Counted from the first letter of the whole stretch, positions 24,493 through 37,898 are shown. The stretch: DNA of 54,578 bases, filler included, from Sluysia triapertura (GCA_046118255.1; 4 parts of 4 records of this genome joined end to end with filler, not necessarily neighbours in it), one strand, 5' to 3'. Program-made: numbers and translations. Notes: generated by a model not told the origin, from the letters alone.

Positions 24493-25173
24493 ATTTCAGA
24501 TTTAATATATTCAGTTATACTACTTGGCACTTTTTAGGCCTTTTACTCCAACAGTATTAAATGTACTTGTGGTTTATATGTTGTAAGTTGTGATTGTGAT
24601 TTGATTTAAACCAATAAAATATTGAGTAAATATTATTAAATATTGAGTAATGATCGTTACGGGGTAGTGTAAAATGAAGGTTCGAAAGTATAAGATGGAT
24701 TGTTTCAGATGTGTTTGTTGTTGAATTATTGTAAATGTCAAATATTGTTTCTAGTGACTTAGTTAATGCAATTTAGTAATATTAGGTGTATTCATGATTT
24801 GGATGTTGTAAGATTGAGGGTATATGTTAGTTTTTAATAAAATTTTAGGTTGAGGTTGACCACTACGGTGGTTGAAGTTATGGTCAGACTAAAACAAAAC
24901 AAATATATTTTAGTAAAACAATATTTTAATTAAAATATTAAAGGCTTAATTAAATAATTTAAAATTTTATTGAAAATAATGTAAACTCTTACATTTTCTT
25001 TTTGATTAATTCCGTTATCAAAATATTGTTTAAATATAAAATCTTTTAAAATAAATTGTTTTTAAAATTTATAAAATATTGTTTGAAATAAAATCAATAC
25101 TACAAAATAATCAATGAATTCATAATTAATGTTCATTAAATTCATAATTAGTGTGTATAGTTAATGTATGTAG

Positions 25174-25453
25174 CATTACAAACTTATGAAGCAGTTGAAT
25201 GGAAAGATGTTAGGAATAATGTTAAAATTATGAATTATCTACTTAATGAAATCTGTACCGGAAACAAAGGATCACGTGACAGTTCTAGTAGTTTCATGCA
25301 ATGGCTTGTGCTTCTAATACTCCTAATACTATGGTAAAATATGGCGAGATGATGAAAGATGATACATGGTCTAATCCTTCACAATATTACTCGGCAACAG
25401 AAGACGATGAGAACCATTTAGAGTTCCTGAACGATTTGGTTCTTATTGGATAA
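25174..25453 (+). pseudogene. Fragment of a SET/TSPY-like nucleosome assembly protein (NAP family), frameshifted
   Basis: YEAVEWKDV...GNKGSRDSSSSFMQWL[frameshift near 25306]CASNTPNTMVKYGEMMKDDTWSNPSQYYSATEDDE versus recalled SET TEIKWK...ESFFTWF...LGEVIKDDIWPNPLQYY plus acidic tail. Confidence 0.72.
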
Positions 25454-26269
25454 AGTTTCGTTGAAAATAAATTTGGTTAACTTGAAGTAAATTTTGAAAG
25501 TTATTTAGTGAATCTATAAGATGCAATCGTAGTTTTTAATAAGTTAAGTCAAGAATATGTTTGATTAATTAGGTTGTAACTAAATGTGGTATTTTGAAAG
25601 TGTGATGTTTGTTTTTTATAAGTATTTATGTGGATGGCGAGTTCGTTGAGGTTTCATTGGTTATTTCTGACCGATTAAAAAATTATACTACATTAATTCC
25701 TTTTCAAGTATTTTCGTATAAACAACATAATTACGAAGCTTAAAAAATAAAATGATCAAAATGAAAAATCAAAATTCAGAATAAAACAATATATAAAAAT
25801 ATAAGTTTATTACATTAAATTTAACTCTAATGAACTTTAATGGTATTTTAAGATGATTTTATACCTGACTTAAATCAACGCATAACTTATTTAGATTTTA
25901 AATCAAATTTATACCTTACTTAAGTAAGGAGAACCTGTATGACAAAAACGTACGGATTTAACCATAATCACAGATCATATAGAAATTGTTTTGAATCAGA
26001 TGTAGATAGCTCGTTCGAATAGCCAAATGAGTTTCTAATAAATGTTCCAAAAACTCGAAATATGTAAATAACCAAGTAAATTGCCAATTTCCAAAGTATT
26101 TTTACACATTATACATTTATATTCTATTAGCGATCCATTAAGGAATCATTAATCCACTGAGAATTCATCAATTTTTTCAAAAAACAAATTATTACTATCA
26201 ATATGCATTAAAATGCATTAATTTTCCATTAAATTAATAACTTCTCCATTAATGCATAATTAAAACGAT

Positions 26270-26369
26270 NNNNNNNNNNNNNNNNNNNNNNNNNNNNNNN
26301 NNNNNNNNNNNNNTTAATTAATTAANNNNNNNNNNNNNNNNNNNNNNNNNNNNNNNNNNNNNNNNNNNN
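26270..26369. other. Artificial contig linker
   Basis: N44-TTAATTAATTAA-N44. Confidence 0.97.
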
Positions 26370-28059
26370 ACTAGATTTATGAAACAAAAACGAAATTAAA
26401 GAGAATGGAATTTTCTATATTCCTATAATTTTTTTATTTTGATATACAAACAGTGGTTAATATATTAACCATTCGTACGATAAAGGTTAAACCATAAAAT
26501 AATAAGAAACGTAGGTTACCAATCGCGATAATATTAGTATTGCTTATAAGGCCGTATTGATTGCTAAAGATAAATCCTCATGCGTAATGTTTGGAAATGA
26601 AGCATTATATACTTTATTTATTTATGTTTTTCTTCTGACCTTTTCAGATATTTTGTTCTAATTTTATTACTAAAATGCAATCGCTTATATAGTAGTTGGA
26701 TAATTACTAAGGATATTAAAAGTTGGAAAATATAAATAATTACTTCATATAATTATTCATCCTTTTTCGTTGGTCATAAGCCGACCAATTTCAATTATTA
26801 AACTTCGACTTTCAATCTATGATCTGCTGCAGTTATCTAAAAATAGCGATATTTGTGACGAACAATCTCCTTATCTTATCAGCATAACACAATAAAAATT
26901 TAATATCATTATTATACTAATATTTTTATTTTTAAATAATACGTCAACTAATTAAATACCAAATTTCTTTTCTGTAATACGTCATGCGTCAACCACATAT
27001 AGATTTTGTAAAAATTACCTTGATCTTTGATTTGTTTTAATTGACTATTTGTGTTATGTATAGATTGATACAAAGTTATTGATGTATGTACATAATTGTA
27101 TGAATATTGAATATGGTGAATTATTGATTTTTAATATTTATAATTAGAAATTTTTGATCGTTTTATAAATTTCATTTTGGATAATTATTCTGGACAATTA
27201 TTAACAGTATGTTTAATATTTATTATTAAAATTTTTAAAGATATTAAATTTTAAAAATTTTTATTTTGTAAATATTAAATTTTGTTTTAAAAAAATGATC
27301 TGGTCAAGGTCAATAAAATTTATATATAAAGAATAGACAAATCTTACTATCACAAAATTTTCGATACAGCTTGTTAACGCACAATTTTTAATTCAAAAAT
27401 TTTAAATCCTTTTAAACACAAAATTGATTTAACACAGTTTGAACTTCTCGTATATGACTGTATTTTTATAATCGTTGGAACATAAACAGTGCATTCTAGA
27501 ATCATCTCGTGAAATTCCTACTTTGGCCAGATTCTTTTTACAGTTTTTTCGAATAATTAGTTTGTTTGTTTTTATTAAGGTTTGGTTATCTAAAAGATAT
27601 CTTCGAAAAATCCATGAAAAATTATTTACTAATTGTTTGGATCTTATAATAGATCTCCGAAAAATTTATTATTAAAATTTCATTGATATAGGAATTAGAA
27701 TAAATAATTCCTCGCGATATATTTTATTATTATCCAAACTTCTTGTAATTTATTATATTATTTGTAACATTACATATTTAATTTATTGTATAATAAAACC
27801 TCTACGAAATTGTTTTTGTTATTAAATTAAATAGTTTTAAATATAAAATTCATACTCCAGAGAGATTTCCTTTGTTAGATTTTAACTCTAACCTCGCAAA
27901 CTATCTATTAAAGATCCTTTTTCAGAGGATCTTTGCAAACTATCGATATAACATAACTGATTTATAAGTAATTAAATTTGATTATTTAAATACCACCAGA
28001 AAATTCTATTGAGTAAAATAATATATAAAAATTAAATACGAATTCCTTATAGTAAGGCT

Positions 28060-28380
28060 CTTTTAAGAAATCACTTCTGTTTTAAAAATCTTTTATAAAT
28101 CCAACGCCTGGCCCTAACTGGTAAGCCCATTACGTTGGTGGACTCACGTTGAAACTATTGCTTTATTCTGTCGTATCTTTACTTTACTTTTCTCACATAA
28201 TAAAAAATTAAAATAAAATAATGATGGAACTTTTCTGATTTTTGATTTAAGAAATTTTATACCAAGATGACACATTTCAATAGCCGAAAAATAGGAGATT
28301 GTACTAGAGATTATTAGTAGAAAGAGCTTTGTGGAATATAATGACAATGATAAATTGTTGTTAAAGATTAACACGTACGT
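28060..28380 (-). mobile_element. Degenerate hAT (Charlie/Buster-like) transposase remnant
   Basis: SAIEMCHLGIKFLKSKIRKVPS and, in another frame, FQRESTNVMGLPV resemble recalled AAIEM...KIKKVPLS and QLDESTDVSGL motifs. Confidence 0.4.
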
Positions 28381-31300
28381 CGGATACAGATTAATTTCAA
28401 AAGTAAGAGTATTGGTAAACCTTATTGAATTGTATTTATTAACGTCGAGATTTACTAATATTTTATTCGATTGAAATTTTATTTTAAGTTCATATAAAGA
28501 TTGATAATGTTAAATGAGCATATATTATTTTTAGTTTGATGTTCGTGTCATTTTTAAAATTTGATAATATATAATTTATGGATTTTAATGTTTCGACAAT
28601 TGGATATTAACTTTGTACATAATTATAATAAATAAATTATCATAATTATCATAAAGAATTTTACAAACTTCAACTCAACCTAACACAGTTACTAAAAACA
28701 TACAAAAACCGGAAACACTAATAACACAAAATTAAACAAAATTTCACAACAATCATAATATAAACAACAATACATAAACTAACATGCATATTTAATTATA
28801 TTAACTATAATCTAAAATTTAATATTGTTATTATAATGTAAAACTTTATTGTTATCGTATTATTGTCGTCTTACTATTTTTTTGTTGCCTCACATCGATT
28901 TTATTACATTTTTTATAATTGTGTTCCTTTCACTTTATGTAAATTGCATTTATTATTTTTATCTCCCTTTATTACTGTTATTACACAAGAAATATAATAA
29001 GATTCTTGTAAAAATAAAATTTACTAAAGTCTTTTTAGTTCTGCACGTGGTTTGGCTCAGGACCAAGTTGATTTCAAAAAGTTTCTGACTCACACAGTCG
29101 AGCGCCTGGAGACCAGAGTACCATTTGCGAACACTTCGAATAACCGTAGAATACCTCTGAACAATAAATTTTATGAACACTTGAGAGCATTAAAATAATT
29201 TCAATACATTTTAGTAACACTTTAAAATTTCTTCGAGTATCTTACGAGTACTTTTGATAACTTTAGAATAATTTGACATTACGCAATACATCTTATAACA
29301 CTTTGAATAATTTCAACCGATATAATATGTGAATATGTATCAAAGTATATTTTTTACATAAAGTTCAAAAATTACAAGTGTGAGAATCTGAGTTGAATTA
29401 ATATATGTTAATATATATGCTACTTTGAATTGTTACTGCTTGTACACAATGAAACTTCGTCGGTTGTATGTATGTAATTCAGCAATGCTCATGCTGATAT
29501 TCAAATGATTATGATTATTGCTATTATTATTATCATCACAACAATGAATTAAATAATGGTGATATTGATGATAATTAAGATGGTGAAAATTGTAGTATTA
29601 CTAATAATAAAATAATAATAATAATATCTTTTATATGATCATCAAATAAATACTTGTGGAATAATATTAATAAAATGTATTTACTAATTAATTTATTAAC
29701 TAAATAATTTTATTGAAATGTTTAGCACTATAATATTATTATTATTTTAATAAATATATTTCAAACTACGATACAAAAATATTTATTGCATTTATTACAT
29801 GAATTATATATAAAAATTCTTTAATGCATGAACTACAAATATCTTATATATGAATACTATATTCATATACAAAACACTTTGATGTGTCGGGTATTTACAC
29901 ATGACGGGACTATGTGAAGATATCCGATAAATAAATATGGTTTCATTTCTGTACTAATCTAATTTATTTTCTCTAGGCTTAAACTATATTTATTTTAATT
30001 TATTAACGTTTCTCTATTGTTTTCTAAAAACTATATTGTAAATTATTGATTGCACCTAAAATGCATTTCAATTATGTGAGATATAATTCCTTGTGATTAG
30101 ATCGTAATTATTGACATTTTTTAATTTTAATTGAATTCAGGCCTAAATATCTTTTGGAACTGATAAAATGTTAGGTGTTCGTTTGATATTTTGGTAAATG
30201 ATTATGTTCTTAGCTTATGCATTTGTATTGTTAATATCAAGAATAGTAATATCGTAATAAATTATCTAAATGAAATATAAATAAAGTGTTTATGTATTTA
30301 AGTGACACTAATATTCTTTCTTATATTAAAATGTTACGAAAATGATGTTATATTGGTGTATCAAAATAATACAAAGTGATATTGTTTAGATTAAATCTAA
30401 AATTTTTACTCTATTAATCTTCCAATATTAATTCTCAAAATAAACTTATTCTTAACTATAATTTTATGTGCATATATTACAAAAACACAATATTTATAAA
30501 TCAATATAAGAAAATGTTTTTGAACACAATTACCAATGAATCATAAAAAAATTCAGCATTACATCAAATTACAAATTAAACAGTTAGATTATGACTATCA
30601 AGTGAATGTAGCTTTAATATCTTATCGTAACACTAACAACCAGGGGTGACGCAACTGGTGATGATTTCCAAAAAAATTAAAAAGTCACTATAGATAAATT
30701 TACAATTTTAATACCGCCATAAATAAAATTAATCAACAATCAACGATAAACTATTCTAAATTTCTGAATGTCTGAATGATGACAAGATTAATAATTTATA
30801 AAATTCTAATATGTCCTTAAAAATCATATGGACAATGAGTTTCCTCAAAATGATACGCTAACATTATTACTTTATTTATTTATTCTGAATTAAAATTAAA
30901 GTTTATTCTATAAATAAATACAATAATACAAAATAAATACAAAATACAATAAAATAATAAACAAAATTCCAATACATAGCTGCTATCGCTATATTGTTGT
31001 TGATTGTTGTAATAGATTATTGTTGATAAAATTTTGTTGACTCCAGCTGCATCACTAATTCTAATTGTGTTGAATTTTTTAAGTATTCCTTTTTGTACTT
31101 TTTCATCATCCAATCATTCCAAAATTTTACAATCTGATGTGTTTTTCTAACACTGAACCTACGGAAAAATATTTTTGAGTAGGGTGCGGTTATAGTAAAC
31201 GTCTTATGTTCCTGTAACAATATAAGCTAATATTTTATCTGAATTGAAATGCTCCTTAGTTAGAGTCTTAAACGCTCAACTGGTGTACAATAAATAATTT

Positions 31301-34300
31301 TTTCAAATCTTTTAATGATTTATTCTATAACCTTTAATAATTAAATAGAAACAAAATAATAACTTTATTATACAAGGTACTGAAATGTTATAGCAAGAAT
31401 AAGATTAAAGATGTAAAATATTAGAAAAATATTTTAAGAATTAAAGCTCCAAGAGCTTTTAATCTAATGTTTATAATATTTTAAGAATATATTACCACTT
31501 AATATATCGGGAATTTAATAATTTAATTGTAAATTTAAGTGATATTTTATAATTTCAACATCAAAAGTTGAAATTGATCTTAAAATATATAATTTACCAA
31601 TGCATGGAAATTAAGTAATTGTTGTTCGATAAATATTGCAAAAACGTGTTGCAATAATTCATCATAAATTTCCGAAAAAATTCAGAATATCAATGCAGGA
31701 AAAAGCACATCATACTTTCAAAATGGAGATTTAAAAATAGCGAATTTTACAATGCTAATGTTAGTTTATATACTAGTCATCAGCCAATAGGAATCGATTG
31801 AATGTTCTAGAATGTTCTAGAAACTTTACCAGATACAGAGCACATAAAATTGATTTATGATCATCTATTATTTTCCTTTACTCAACTCGATCTAATTTTA
31901 CTTAAATTTCTTCTCACGTTAAAACAATTTTCACCAATATTGTTAACCTACCAAAAATAATGACTTTAATTTTAATTTTTATAATTTAATTGATTTTAAG
32001 TTGTTCAATTTTCTAATGAAAAATTGTTTAAGGTTCTTATTCTCAAACAAACTATTCTACAGACATTCTAAACTTACCTTTATATTTCCTCTTTCATAGC
32101 ATTTATTTCATATTTAATTCATTGTCTTTTATCATTCCAAGCACAAAAAATTCAACATTCCATAATTGAGAATCAATTAAAATTTGACTTTGCTCAATCT
32201 TAAGGCTTTCCTTGCATGAACTCGGACAACATACCTTTATAGAAAGGTCTTTTCAAAACAAACATGCACAATTTCAAATTTAACATAGCGTTCCGCATTC
32301 AAACGTAATTCACAAAAACGTACTTTTTCTTAATTAAGTTAATTAAGATTTTAATTTTAAGACTTAATTTTAATTTATGTTTAAATGTTTTATCAATGTT
32401 CTAAAATTATTTAATTTTCATGATGTTCTAGATGCTTTCATCTTCGCCACTCTGATTCCTTTTTCTTCTTTATATTAATTACCAATGTATCAAACTCATC
32501 TTTAATATAAGGAACAATGATTTTATTTTCAAATATTTTAAAGATTTAAAACATTTTAAATATAAGGTTACTCAAAGATCTTAAATGCTTTATCGAAGTT
32601 TCAAAATTATCCAAAGGTTAATAAGGTCTTAAATGATCTCAAGGTTAAGAAGTCCAAAGGTGCCTTAATACATTTAAAGGTTTTCCAAACCCATCTCAAA
32701 CATCTACAAGGTTTCAATACCCCACAAAAGTTTTGGAATTTCAAGGTGTTCTTCGGCTGTCAGTACTAATGCGGATGTTTTTATTCTCATCATTCTTACT
32801 CTATCTATCACTTCATAACAATTTTTCATACATTTTATAGTTCTCTATGTTTCTCACTCATCTTCTGATCCACAGATGGGCAATCCCAACAATATTAAAT
32901 GTACCTAATATTACAATATTGTAAGTTTGCAATATTGTAACTGCAACAAAATTGTAAGCCTGGTTTTGAGCCACTACAATAGCGTCTATTTTTGCCAAAT
33001 AAATCAATTGTTTAGGGCTCAAAGCCACGTGAAATCCAATAATCGTAATCAATCACACCATATTTATAAAAAATCACTATAATAGCGCTGTAAACAAAAA
33101 AAATTAACACACAAAAATTATACATATGAATCGCAATAAATTTTTATTTATTTAATCAATCTTGATACTCTATAAAACCAAATTTCATAAATAGTTTCAC
33201 AGCAATCAGGTTCCTGACAAGAATTTTTATAACCACACCTTTACCATCACTTTCGCATACACAACGCAGCATTTAAACTATTAAGAATGTAGAAGTGTGA
33301 GGTATGTGTGATGCGTTAGAAGTGTTAACTAATATAAATTCTGAAAATATAATATTATTTAATTTTTGTAAAAATTCTTTGGTTAATATGTTTAATTTTG
33401 TTATTTAATTTGTATAAAATCGTTTAAAATTTTATATATTAAATTAAATAAACTCTTAAATAAAACTTTTAAACATTAAATTATGAAAATTTTTATTAGA
33501 ATTTTATTGACTAGAAATTCTCTTTGGAAATTTAATTACTCTATTTTTATTGCTTTATTTCTCATTTAATTACTAATAAAAATTTTATTACTTTATTTTG
33601 AAAACTTTATTTCTCATTTGACTACAAGTCGTGGAATAACGAGAGATAATAAAATAGTAATTTTAATAGTAATATATAAAGGATTGTTTTTATAAATGCA
33701 TGACACAAGAATACAGATTACAAAGTTAATTTTAAACGATTATTACCTGTTCGAAGAAAATTACATTTAACATTTGGATTAGTTATTCATGGTTCCATCT
33801 TACACAGCAGCAATTATTACAGTGGAAAGAACTTGACAATTTATCATCAATCTCATGTTAATCTATGAATTCGTAAGTTTTGCTTATATGAGTTTAAGCT
33901 ATAATCTTTTAGCTTCAAAATACACTCAAAATCTAATCTTTTTCAACTCCCCAAGTATTATACCTGGGTCAACATTTTATTATTAAAATTAAAGTAATTT
34001 CGGAGAAATCCAAAATTTTAATTTATTTGTTTATATCTCTTAATATTATATTTTGTTATATATTATTAAAATTTTATTATTTGATAAATAAAACTTCCGC
34101 AGTTAATTTGTTTGTTCCTCATTTAATTAACTAAAAGAGTTGTTTCGAAATTAAAATAGTTAGAGCGACATTTATTTAAAATAAATGAAATTAGACTAAC
34201 TGTATTTAAACAAAGGCAATCATATCATTAAACTATCGACTTTCAGTTATTAAAAGAAATAAAGATTATTAGGAAAAATATTTCGTATAATTGAGTCTTC

Positions 34301-35248
34301 TTTACGACATAAATCTCAAATTATAGCCGAATCTCCATATTCCAAATTTAATTCATAATTGTTGACTTTTTAAAGAGAAACACAATAACAATACACAGAA
34401 CAAAACTTGAATTCGAAGTATTACATTCCGAGAATAAAGCAAAAAATCCGGTAGAAAAGGTACATTCAGAATTTAACTAAAGCATTAGAATTATTGTAGA
34501 AAAATCCTTTTGGGATGCCTACCGTAAGGTTATTAGTAATCTACCGTAGGCGAATCCTCTCACGGAAATTTTCGTATGTTAATTCTAAGAAAGAAAAACA
34601 CTTGCATAAATGGCAAACAAGTTAAGTTAATTGATGCAAAATGTAACAAGCTCCTCTATCAACATCTAAAAATAAATCAGTAATAAAAAGAAACACTTAT
34701 TATATTAGTATAAGTAATTTATATTAAGTAAAAGTTTCCATTTACATTAATTAGACAAAAAGAACTTTGATTACATTTTATGATACTATCTTAACCTGCA
34801 AAAACAGGTGAATTAAAATATTTCTGTTTACTATAAAAAATCAAACCTATACATCGGTATTAATGCTATTGTGCTTTGTGGTTTTATTATCAAAATCAGT
34901 ACCATTTATGATTTACAATTGAACAATTTAACCAACACCTTAAGAGAAGCATAAAGTCAAATAATATTTTTATTTTTGTTAAATGTTTGAGTGTTTGTAT
35001 TGCGTTTTCATTTATAATAATATTTGCATCGGAATTATATAAAATTATAACTAAATTTTAAAGTTTAATAAATTACGCCTTCTAATTACTAAAAAATTTT
35101 AAAAAATTGTTTTTAATATTAATTTTCATTTATTTCATTAAAATGTTTTCTTTAAAAGTATTTTAGTTAATTGGACAAGTACGACATTTTAAAAGATAGA
35201 CATTACTTAGAAATTATAAATAATTATAAATAATTTGTATCTTTTAAG

Positions 35249-36568
35249 ATGATATGGGCTAACACAACCAAAATTGGTTGCGCTGCTACAGATTGTTCAA
35301 GTGACCCATCATTTACATATGGACAAACGTTTGTTTGCAATTATGGAGAAGCGTAAGTATCATTATTTAAACTACTACCATTTTTAGAGGTAATTGGAAT
35401 AATTACAAACCTTATAGAACTTGCAGTAATGGAGCTTGTGGTCTTTGCAGTGAAGGTACAACATGCAATGGTCAAAAACTGTGTGGTAATTAATATAAAT
35501 TATTTTGTAAAAAGTATGCATAAAAACACATTTGTCTTTTTTTACTGAAACCTAACAAATAACAAGACATTATAATTCAATGTTTTGAAAGTCACTTTAC
35601 AACGAATATCTTATTTTTATCAATCAACTTTCCAAAGTATTGGTAAATCGAAAAAATATTTTTGTATATTTTATTTATAATCACAATACCGAAAACAATG
35701 ACCAAGTGAAATTGAAATTCCAAGTGAAAAATAACAAAAAAATCTAGAAATAATTAGAGATATTTGTAATAAATTAAATGTTTCAAAATTCTGGATCAAC
35801 AAAGTTACGAATGAAATTGGCTTTCGAAAACTGTGCTCTAGTTTTTAGAAGATTAAAAAATCTGGAACTGTTTTTGTTAACAATCTCCTGAGTAGGTACC
35901 TTCAAAATTTCATTTTTCCTCACATTTAAAGAAGGATTTGAATGCCCAACAATTTAATTCTATAGACAAATTGAAGAACACTGTGTCAAATATTCTCTTC
36001 AAACGCACAAAACTCGAGTAAGGTCTCTTAGAGCGTCTTAATCAATTCTATAAATTCGTAGTTAGATCTTTTTAAATCTTGTTTAAGTTCTTCATCTTTA
36101 TACGCGTGATCGTAAGAATAAATTGTCTTAATGTAAAAAAAACTTTATACGATCATCATCTTTGAAAAATATTGAATTTTATAGTTTCCTCAATATTTAA
36201 TTTTAATTTAATCATATTTCACTCATAATTAATGAAATATAAACTCCATTAATTTGAATGCTTGTTCTGCGATTAAATATTTTTGTGTGTAACTTTTGAT
36301 AAATTGCAAGTTATCACTAGTAAATTTGCTATAATCACAAATTAGCATTAACGGTGTTAATTTGTCCTAACATAACGCAGTTAGCAAATAAATTTTTCAT
36401 TTAGAATATTTTATGGAAAAATTTGCTTTAAGTACATCTAATTAATATTTAGCACATGATTGTATATTTCCATTTCGCTACAAAGAAACTTGGTATAATG
36501 CATGTATTGATGAAAAAAAATGGTGTTCTTTCGATCGAGAATATCAGGGTTCATGGAAATATTGTTGA
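35249..36568 (+). CDS. CAP/SCP/TAPS (venom-allergen-like) protein with a C-terminal fibronectin type II domain. Exons 35249-35352, 35388-35485, 36453-36568; 5' exons not found
   Basis: MIWANTTKIGCAATDC...TFVCNYGEA|GNWNNYKPY...ACGLCSEGTTCNGQKLC carries the CAP signatures WAxTxKIGC and VCNYxxxGN plus the Cys hinge. It splices in phase to AHDCIFPFRYKETWYNACIDEKKWCSFDREYQGSWKYC*, the FN2 pattern CxFPFxY...Y..C...WC...Y...W.YC. Confidence 0.9.
35700..36070 (+). mobile_element. Internally deleted mariner transposase remnant inside the CAP-FN2 intron
   Basis: IRDICNKLNVSKFWINKVTNEIGFRKLCSS (HTH leading into the W[V/I]P region), then SPE*VPSKFHFSSHLKKDLNAQQFNSIDKLKNTV (degenerate SPDLAPSDFHLF motif). 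Confidence 0.7.
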
Positions 36569-36641
36569 ACATAATTTTTTGTTAATTTATTAATACATAT
36601 TTTAGTGTTATTTTGGATTCTAATAAACTCTAGAAACTGGA

Positions 36642-36800
36642 NNNNNNNNNNNNNNNNNNNNNNNNNNNNNNNNNNNNNNNNNNNNNNNNNNNNNNNNNNN
36701 NNNNNNNNNNNNNNNNNNNNNNNNNNNNNNNNNNNNNNNNNNNNNNNNNNNNNNNNNNNNNNNNNNNNNNNNNNNNNNNNNNNNNNNNNNNNNNNNNNNN
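36642..36800. other. Scaffold gap (159 N)
   Basis: Run of N without the linker 12-mer. Confidence 0.97.
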
Positions 36801-37827
36801 TTCTTTAAAACTCAAACTTAATGAAATTCACTATGTATATTCTTATTATATTTTGATAATCTTAGTACCTTCTTATTAAATGCTCACGTACTTATATCGG
36901 TCAACAATTAAACTTTCGACACGAGTTCTGTAAACGTTACTACTTTTTAACGTCTCCAGATTTCCTTATAATAGATTCTCGTCCTTAATCAATTTACACT
37001 TTAATTCTCAAAAATATTATTTGTTAGTAACAGCCTGAACTCCTAGTTCAATTGATATTTATTTATTTAATGTATGAGTCTGAGTTCGGATACTCGTTCC
37101 GATGACAAGGAATGGAAACGCAAATAAATATTGAAGTTTATTTAAAATAATTTTTCTAGATTAATTCCCAATCTACAATTTAAAATATGTCTGTTGTATT
37201 TTATGATTTTGGGGCGCTGCTCTTGATTTGCATATAACAAAATTAAACTCGAATAATTTATTTATTCCTTTATAAATCGACAAAAGAAATATAGATAAAA
37301 AAATTTCATAAATGTACAATTTTAATTTTAGTAATGTTAAAGTTTATAAAATAAAAGGCAATGAAAATCACTTACCAACAATAAATAGTCAGAAATCCCC
37401 CTTAAATTTAAACTGAATGTCTTTTGCAAGAGACGGTATAATTGTTGAAGATTAATGTAAATCAAACAACTTTAATTTGAATCGAACAACGTTTTAAATT
37501 GTGTCTTCAATAAAATTATTTTTTCCTTTTATAGGAAATTTTCAAATTATCTCCAATAACAAATAATTTTAAATAAAAGTCAGTACAATATGTTAATTTA
37601 AATTTTTTCATTAAATAATTTTATAACTCAGTATCAGTAAATAATTTTACATAATTCAGTATCAGTACAATATATTAATTCAATGCTCCACAAATAATAT
37701 TCAATGCTACACAAATAATTTCTAGAAATTTGTACAATAACTTGGTAGACACAGTAATAATTTATGTATATACACAGTACACGTATGATAATAATAAATT
37801 ACTGTATATTTTTTAAATGTTCTTTAT

Positions 37828-37828
<1 letters not shown>

Positions 37829-37898
<70 letters not shown>
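37829..37898. repeat. (AAT)n microsatellite at the contig end
   Basis: Perfect run truncated by the linker. Confidence 0.95.

Noticed and set aside
31017-31290. Possible integrase remnant (HFNSDK...TAPYS)
   Set aside because: Too degenerate to call by eye.
37072-37125. Hammerhead-like core (CCGATGA...GAAAC)
   Set aside because: The core deviates from CTGANGA, and no stems I/III or cleavage triplet could be formed.
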